Made by a program: the position numbers and the translations under genes. Under the pieces are notes generated by a model. The model worked only from the letters and a program-made list of their open reading frames with translations, had not been told where the DNA came from and ran no database searches. From NCBI GenBank assembly GCA_951406725.2, contig OX597837.1:41788001-41852000 (forward strand): a stretch of 64,000 nucleotides of DNA, read 5' to 3'. This DNA comes from Octopus vulgaris. Taxonomy: Eukaryota. Positions 55,117 to 64,000 of this stretch are shown piece by piece (position 1 is the stretch's first letter; the number at the start of each line of letters is the position of its first letter).

Positions 55117-55628
55117 GTGACTGGAAGGGAAGACTAAAAGTTTTTGGCTTCCAACTCATTGTATTTTTCGCTTAGAATCTTGAAAGTTATTAAATAATAC
55201 GTGGTAACAGTTTATTAGGTACGGTCTGTAGCTATTACGACTGACAGAGAATCTAGTTAAGACTGAGTTATTGGAATCTTTAGCATACTACTTCACACTA
55301 ACAAGTATCTTCGTTTCCATAGCTAAGACAACGCGACACAGTAACGCAATCAGTGTTTTGTATTAATCTGTCTTAACGGTGTAGGTTGTTAAGTAAATGG
55401 AACATTTAAAAAGTCATTCTGCTTTTTAATTATCAGTCGTGAAGAATGGAACTACCAGCGATGAGATAATGAGTTATGGATTAGAATGGAAGTGGGGAAA
55501 GTTTGAACGATTTTATCCAGTTTTGAATATATTTAGCCTGTTTAGGTATCGGTCGTTGACTTCGTCAGAGTTTGACCAAGACAACCACCGACGAAACTTC
55601 GTGGTCATATATATATATATATATGTAT

Positions 55629-56028
55629 GCATCTTTTCGGTTTGAACGGCAGTTTTTTCTAGCGGTGTCATATGAAATTGTCACCCATAATAATGACCCT
55701 AGTATCGATCTATTGCATTTCAATCTGTTTTAGAGTAGGGTTAGGGGTGGGGGGAAGGGTATCTTTTTTTCTTCAGAAATGTAAATAAACCCAATCATAT
55801 TCATACGGCACAGAATTTTTTTTTACCTCAATAGACGCCATTGATTGGTTGAAATTGCAGAAATTGAAGAAAAAAAAACAACAAATATCTTACAAACCAT
55901 AGAATTTTCTCAATAAAGCCAAGAGAAAAAGATGTTTTATAAACACATTCTACCAGTATACGAAGTTTTAAAATGTTTAGTTACGTGGAAATTATTTTTA
56001 AAAACTGCCGGTCAAACCGAAAAGATCC
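55629..56028. mobile_element. Second, oppositely oriented copy of the 16782 MITE
   Basis: Same TIRs; internal sequence is the reverse complement of the 16782 copy; flanked by AT/AT. Confidence 0.85.
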
Positions 56029-56394
56029 ATATGTATGAAAGACAAGGTATAAATAATGGCCATTACATATTTTTCCTTTATTGGAGTAAATTCGGCTTAC
56101 AGTTGTTTCCGGTAGTCATTGTAGGTGCAATACTGATAGGTTTACTCAATTGGTCTCTTTTACTTGTTTCAGTCATTTGATTGTGGCCATGCTGGAGCAC
56201 TGCCTTTAATCGAGCAAATCGACCCCAGGATTTATTCTTTGTAAGCCTAGTACTTATTCTATCGGCCCCTTTTGCCGAAACGCTAAGTTACGGGGACGTA
56301 AACACACCAGCATCGGTTGTCAAGCGATGTTGGGGGGATAAACACAGACACACAAACATATATACACATGCATGCATACATACATACATGCACT

Positions 56395-56434
<40 letters not shown>

Positions 56435-56482
56435 CACATACATACATACATACATACATACATACATACATACATACATACA

Positions 56483-56513
<31 letters not shown>

Positions 56514-57683
56514 GATCTGAGACTAATGTAACTCAAGTGAGGACTCGAAACACATTTCTGTAGAGTGTATACATTATTTTGATAGTGCAAAACCCAGCGG
56601 ACAGCTTAGCCCTTGCTGGACCCGTGACACGAAATAATCCAACACTTCAAACAAATATATACATCAACAACTGAAATATCGCTTCTGTTAGAAATAGTTA
56701 CACAATTTTCCTCAAATTACTCCTTATAACCTTACAAATGGTAATGGAAATACTGACTAATGTATTATAGTCTAGATTCAATATTTTCGAATAAAAGACG
56801 TGATGGTCATGACCGGAACACCTAGGATCATAGGTAATATTGGATCAAGATTAATCTGATTTTGAAAAACAGCATTGCCTTCTTTTGAGTTTTTTTTTTT
56901 TATCCTTCAATTCAGCAGTGTTGTTCTATCCTTCCTGTATTTTATTTCCAAGCAAAGTTAGACTAATTCTGCAAATTTATGCACCAGTCCATTGCACCAA
57001 TCATTGATTTCTTCACAAGTTGCAAAAGTTAAAAATTGATGGTAACTTTGTTATTTCCTCTAAAGCAAAAAAAAAAGAGAAAACGGGAGCGAAGAGTTTC
57101 TCTTTCAACCCGAGGGAATAAATCTTTGTTCTTCTCCCGGTACGTAGATACAATCTCTGCCTTCTTTTTTTTTTTGTTTTTCTTTACTGCAAAGATTAGA
57201 CTGATGTAAGAAAACAGTACGATGTCAAGAGAACAAAGGGTTTGCTCAAGCTACTGTTGAGAGTACAGAGAGGAGAAAAAAAGAAAAAAAAAACAAAAAA
57301 AAAACAAGTGGGGGTTAAAAGGATATACAGCTTTTGTCTAGCAGTGATTGGGAGAAGAATACAGATTGGTCCATTTATTGGAACGAACACAGTGAAAGGG
57401 TCAATGCAATCGAGTTGATATATTTTGGGGAAGGAGAGATTCTGGAAAAATGCTTTCTTTTTCCCCACGAGTTCCAATGAATGGAGCAATTTACGTTTTT
57501 GTAATTATTTTGCAGAAGGCCAATTCTGGTCAGTGGAAACTGGTGGAATGGCTGAACAGGCACCGGTATATTTCCCCCCAACACACACACACACACACAC
57601 ACACAATATATATCTAAACACACACACACACACAATATATATCTAAACACACACACACATATATATATATATGCATAAACACC

Positions 57684-57736
<53 letters not shown>

Positions 57737-57958
57737 ACCTACATACACACACATATATATATATATAAATAAACACCTACATATATATATAAACACCTAT
57801 ATATATGTGTGTGTGTGTGTATACATTCTATACATTACCATTAAATCAGATCTATATACACTCGAACACCAACAAGAGACCCCGATGTTATTATTCAATA
57901 CAATGGCTTCTCACCTACGAAAAGTGATTTTGCATTGTGTGTGTGTGTATATATATAC

Positions 57959-58015
<57 letters not shown>

Positions 58016-58569
58016 CTTTTCTTTCTAAAGCTTCGTTCTCACCTATTCTGCAAATGGCAATGTCGGTATGGATGTTCTTGTTGTGGCTATTATTGTTATT
58101 GTACATTTTAGAAGTGGAAGCATACAATCACCTCACCATCACCACCACCACCACCACCACCACCACCACCCATCCATTCCTTCACATCCGTTTGTTACAT
58201 TATTTGAGTGATTCTTCTGAATTTCCATCGCCCCCACCCACCGATGCGTTCCTTTCTACATTCTGACATCAGCGAGATTTCTCAAGCCAAAACAAAATCA
58301 TTTTCCTGGGACCAATTGTAAAAGTTTTGAGTAGATCCATCTTTTCTAGTCAGCCTTGCTCTCCACTCCTCCTCCTCCTCCTTCTCCTCCCCCACCCCTC
58401 TCCAACCGCCACATCGTCGAAAGGAATTAGATTTGAGGTTCTTTTGGAGAAATACGTCATTGATTTAAGGATGAGAGCAATAGCACAATGGCTGCAGTTA
58501 TCTCGCTTCGGTCTCTTTGCAAGATTTCTTACATTACTATTGCATCAGATGGACGCGCTAGTCGTGTGC

Positions 58570-58601
<32 letters not shown>

Positions 58602-60009
58602 AAGTATGAGTGTGTGTGTGTGCATGTATCTGTATACGGTAGTGCGGTGTGTAAAGGTGTGTCTGTGCATATGTATGTATATATATATGCATTTGTGTGC
58701 AAAGATATATGTAAACATACACACACATATACATGCATACAATACATACATGTGTATGCATATATTCATACACATTTTCATGTATTCATATATACATATT
58801 CACACACATACACCTACATACAAATATATACATACATACGTATACACCTACATACATACAAATATTTACACATACAGAGAACACACACACACACATATAT
58901 ATATATATAAACATACAAATGTATATACACACATACAATAAATACATATATATATATATATATATACAAATGTATACACACACACACATATACACACAAA
59001 ATACACCTATCTATGTGTCTGTGTGCACACCATATATACATACACATTTTTATCTATGCATATATACATATTCACATACATACACAAATATATATATATA
59101 CATATATATATACATACATACACAAATATATATACATATATATATACATACATACGTATACACACACATACAAATGTTTACACACATAGAAACATATATA
59201 TATACACACACATACAAATATATATACACACATGCAATAAATACATATATATACAAATGTATACACACATATATATAAAAATACATATACATACAAATGT
59301 ATACACACACATGCAACAAATACATATATATACACACACATATAAAAATACATATACATACAAATGTATACACACACACAAATATATACACCTATCTATG
59401 TGTTTGCGCGCACACATACACACACACACACCTACACGTAATTATACATACTATACACACTTTTACTGTACACACGCACAAAAGCAGATTGCTCTGTGCC
59501 CGCGCGTGTGTGTTTGTTGCAGCACACATCACACAGGATACAAAACATTTGTGGATGGCAGTTCACACAACAGAACCATCCTCGAAAAACCGAATGAATA
59601 GAAAAAGATATATTTTGCACAAAGCAGACACTTGAAGATGGATTAGTAAACTGTCGAAACAGCAGCAAGATGGCAGCACTGGTTCTCCATTGAAATATTT
59701 CATAACTGTTTGGCCATTGTGAGTGGATAGAACTGGTCGGGAGAGCAGAAAGTGCTGTTGGATAATAACGTTGCTGTATCTGTTTGTTTAACGATTGTGC
59801 GGCGATAGAACGGTTCAGGACAGGGCAGAGTGTTGCTGCAAAGTCAATAACAGAGCCAAGCCTTATATTAGAAAATAATATCCTACCCAATAAAGAGCAG
59901 GTAGCGAATGGGATAACGAGCTACAGAGTAACACAACTATGCTCGTTTATCACGGAGGTTGGGCGGGGGTCAACCGCCACCGCCTCCTCGCTCGATACAA
60001 AAACAAGAT

Positions 60010-60790
60010 AATGAATCAACGCAAACAAAAACAGTGATAAATGAATCCATCTCTTCGCATAGCTGCGTGGTTTTCAAAAAGGCCCACTTTGCAAAATGAA
60101 TCAACGCAAACAAAAACAGTGATAAATGAATCCATCTCCTCGCATAGCTGCGTGGCTGAAAAGCCCACTTTGCAAAATGAATCAACGCACACAAAAACAG
60201 TGATAAATGAATCCATCTCGCATAGCTGCGTGGTTAACAGGCCCACTTTGCAAAATGAATCAACGCACACAAAAACAGTGATAAATGAATCCATCTCCTC
60301 GCATAGCAGTGTGGTTAAAAGGCCAACTTTGCAAAATGAATCAACGCACACAAAATCAGTGATAAATGAATCCATCTCCTCGCATAGCTGCGTGGTTAAC
60401 AGGCCCACTTTGCAACCACGTGGTTTTGGGCTCACTGCCATTGCTTGACACCTTGGGCAAGTTTCTTTCTACTATAGCCCCAAAGTGAATTTGTGGTAGA
60501 CGGAAACTGTGTGAAAACCTGTCATGTTTGTGCTCGCGCGCGCGTAAATATATGTGTCTATGTATTTGCCGGTGTTTGTTCCTCACCACCTCTTGATAAC
60601 CAGTGCTGGTTTGTTTGCGTCTCCGTAACACAGCGACTCGGAAAAAAAAAACCAGATCGATAGAATAAGTGCTAGACTTTAAAAAAAAAAATTTTTTTTT
60701 TAATTTAAGTACTAGGGGTCAATTTGTTCGACTAAAACTCTTGAATACGCTACCCCAGCATGGCCGCAGTCCAATGACTGAAATAAGTAA
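60010..60790 (+). repeat. 5 x ~81 bp tandem repeat (flank + SINE head) running into a diverged SINE
   Basis: Unit AATGAATCAACGC...GCATAGCTGCGTGGTTAA..GGCCCACTTTGCAA starts at 60010, 60095, 60176, 60254 and 60335. The last unit continues CCACGTGG...CACCTTGGGCAAGT...CCAGCATGGCCGCAGTC. Confidence 0.85.
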
Positions 60791-61789
60791 TACATACACA
60801 AAAAAAACCCCAGAAGACAAGCAAAAGTAAAAAAAAAACGAGATGAGCAATAGGTTTCTCTATTTTCCCATCAATTTTTAGCTTGAAAAATGGCATTTTT
60901 GTATTTCTTTTTCCCATAAGAAATGCGTTGGTAATTTTCAGCTTTCCATGTGAAGTGCGCCAGTAACTTTTTTAGCTTCCAATCTGAAGTGCGCACATTA
61001 TTTCAAACTTTCTATATGATAGGAATTTTTCTTTTTCGTTTTGAACACCAGCACGTCGCGAAGCCGAAAGAAATTAAGAACTGCAGGCAGTGTCTTTGGC
61101 AAGAAAAAAAAGGAAATGAATACGGAATATTCGATAGAGGATTCTTGGAGAACGTGTTTAGCAAAGTGCAAAAGAGAACAAACCAGATGCAGTGATGTGG
61201 CGTGGAGTGCGTTGCCAGCGCCCGGAGCAACGCAAATATTGCGGGAGGAGCGCGCAGCTATTTATTTATTTATTGTGGTTATTATGTGGTTAAGAAACTC
61301 GCTTTGCAATCACGTGGTTATGGGTTCAGTCCCACTGCGTGGTACCTCGGACGAGTGTCTTCTACAATAGCCTCGGACCGACCAATGCCTTGCGAGTGAA
61401 TTTAGTAGACAGAAACTGTATGGAAACCCGTCGTATACATGTGTGTCTGTGTGTGTATGTGGACAAAATAAGTTGCATTAGCATCACCAGTTGTGGCACG
61501 CTTGGAACGACTAACAACACCAGAAGCTCTCCATTTTTCAACAATGTCATGCAAAGACTTGGGTAAATTATCCTTTTCCGTCCATGGGCCAGCAAGGAGT
61601 AGAGTCTTCAAGGGTTTTAGTCGAACAAATTGACCCCTAGTACTTAATTTAAAAAAAAAAAATTATTTCTAAGTCTAGCACTTATTTCTATCGATCTGTT
61701 TTATTTTCCAAGTCGCTGTGTTACGGAGATGCAAACAAACCTACACCGGTTATCAAGCGGTGGTGGAGTTTCATTTGTAACGAGACAGT

Positions 61790-62030
61790 GAGGGCAAGTC
61801 AAAAGAAGGGGGCAGGTATGCATTTGCGAACTCAAACGTGCCGGAGTTGACTGCCGATAACAGAAAATCCCCTCGCTCAGAGCATATGCGCATTGCCTCT
61901 TGCTGAAAGCGGAGATTCAGTTCACTTTCGAGGACATCAAATGCCGTTGATTGATTGCCGACACGAGTCATCGATAACAGGGAAAGCACCACCATCAGAA
62001 GTTGCTGTATGTCTGAAAGACAGCAATGTA
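61790..62030 (-). mobile_element. Possible hAT transposase remnant
   Basis: AFDVLESELNLRFQQEAM...E..FLLSAVN resembles hAT D.l..EL..RF segments. Short and recognised by eye only. Confidence 0.3.
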
Positions 62031-62924
62031 TTCTTTGAACGAGATCGTTGCCAGGGCAGCCAACTGGCATCCGTGCCGGTGGCACGTAAAAGGGCACCTT
62101 TCGAGCGTGATCGTTACCAACGTCGCCTTACTGGCACCTGTGCTGGTGGCATGTGTAAAAGGATTCGAGCGAGGTCGTTGCCAGTACCTATTTCTTTACT
62201 ACCCACAAGGGGCTAAACAAGGACAGACATAGGTATTAAGTCGATTACATCGACTCCAGTGCGTCACTGGTACTTAATTTATCAACCCCGAAAGGATGAA
62301 AGGCAAAGTCGACCTCGGCGGAATTTGAACTCAGAACGTAACGGCAGACGAAATACGGCTACGCATTTCGCCCGGTGTGCTAACGTGTCTACCAGCTCGC
62401 CAGTACCGCCTGACTGGCCCTCGTGACGGTGTCACGTAAAAAGCATCCACTACACTCTCGGAGTGGTTGGCGTTAGGAAGGGCATCCAGATGTAGAAACT
62501 CTGCCAGATCAAGATTGGAGCCTGGTGCCACCATCTGGTTCGCCAGCCCTCGGTCAAAATCGTCCAACCCATGCTAGCATGGAAAGCAGACGTTAAACGA
62601 TGATGAAATGTGAGAAGTAGCGCTTGAGTAATCGCAGAACAGTTAAAACCAAAGTGTTGCTTATTAGAATTATTGTAATCCGGCAGCAGACCATCAGGTG
62701 GGTGGTCATCGTTTGGTGATTTCGCTCAATGCCTTGCAATGAACACTTCACTGGTTTCACCTTCCACTTTCACCAGTTAATAGGCATTCAGAGTGTGACC
62801 GCTGAACACTGCCCGTTCATGTGGATGGAACTTTGGTAAAGTTAAGTATAACAATATTTTTTTTTCTCCAAATAATTACATTTCCAAGTGCAAACTCAGC
62901 ACAAGTTATAGAGTATATAATTTA

Positions 62925-62987
62925 TTTCTCGTGACTCGAGTTTCACACCTGACGATCGCACTGGCGTGAAACTCGAGTCACGAGAAA
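62925..62987 (+). ncRNA. Hammerhead-like motif with fold-back copy of its 3' half
   Basis: CTGACGA(62949)-T-CGC(actg)GCG-T-GAAA-CTCGAG-TC: palindromic stem III and GUC triplet. Left arm TTTCTCGTGACTCGAGTTTCAC is the reverse complement of the right arm. Confidence 0.62.
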
Positions 62988-63058
62988 AGAATTCAGTGTA
63001 TAGACATATACATTCATATGAATAATGTTTGTCATTCTTTATATGCACACACACGATA

Positions 63059-63359
<301 letters not shown>

Positions 63360-63508
63360 CATATATATATATATATATATACATACACATACATACATAC
63401 ACATACATATATACATATATATATATACATATACATACATATATATATACATATACATACATATATATATATATACACATATACATACATACATACATAC
63501 ATATACAA

Positions 63509-63566
<58 letters not shown>

Positions 63567-64000
63567 CACTTGTTACATATCATATTTATACATGTTATAT
63601 GTGTGTGCGAAAATATATTTATGCATGCATACATATGCGTGTGTATATTATATATACGCAGTCACACATTGATTCTTATCAGGAAAAGTTGTTTTCCTTT
63701 CACATTTTCTTTTTTAAGAAATCCCTTACATTCTACTACAGCGTGTCAAGAAACATAATTGTCTATAAAACATTTTGCAATTATCACACGAGGGCGACGT
63801 CACCGGATAACGTTCCTGCATACAATGCAAATGTGATAACTTGTATATTTTATAAAATTCCTTCTGGAAGACAACAAAACAGAAAACAATAAACAACTTC
63901 TGCTGTAATATAATTTAACCGAAAGTTCAACCTAAGTACGTGCGATATCGTTTGTTCTAATATATTTTAAAGTAATAATAACAGTTAAGAAATAACAAGC

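Noticed and set aside
57513-57566. Possible plus-strand micro-exon (TTTTGCAG...G|GTATAT)
   Set aside because: Weak donor, no partner exons and no recognisable peptide.
59432-60011. Non-repetitive ORFs as FUT8 5' exons or a second gene
   Set aside because: No similarity to the FUT8 stem/coiled-coil region or any family I recognise; possibly old transposon sequence.

Overview
AT-rich, microsatellite- and repeat-dense animal genomic DNA. The SINE families and the (TA)n/(CA)n density point to an octopus/coleoid cephalopod, which is an inference. The only host gene I can support is alpha-1,6-fucosyltransferase FUT8 on the minus strand: five 3' coding exons (38408-38171, 25823-25577, 21574-21392, 16432-16282, 15968-15639) with GT-AG boundaries and matching phases, 1149 nt in total (382 aa + stop). 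One of these exons is missing from the supplied ORF track, and I found no 5' exons in the window. The rest is intron and 3' flank containing at least three tRNA-derived SINE families, one further CAT-tailed interspersed repeat, piggyBac-type and other MITEs, LINE fragments (Dong/R4, RTE, Tx1-like), and Merlin-like and hAT-like remnants. Two patterns stand out. (1) There is a dispersed set of hammerhead-ribozyme-like motifs (CUGANGA...GAAA...UH) in short inserts, many within or next to (TA)n tracts and probably Penelope-type terminal repeats; five of them share a fold-back architecture. (2) SINE 5' ends have been tandemly amplified more than once, including a 16 x ~162 bp Pol III-promoter array about 80 bp from a FUT8 splice acceptor. 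Nearly all ORFs in the supplied track are microsatellite read-through.
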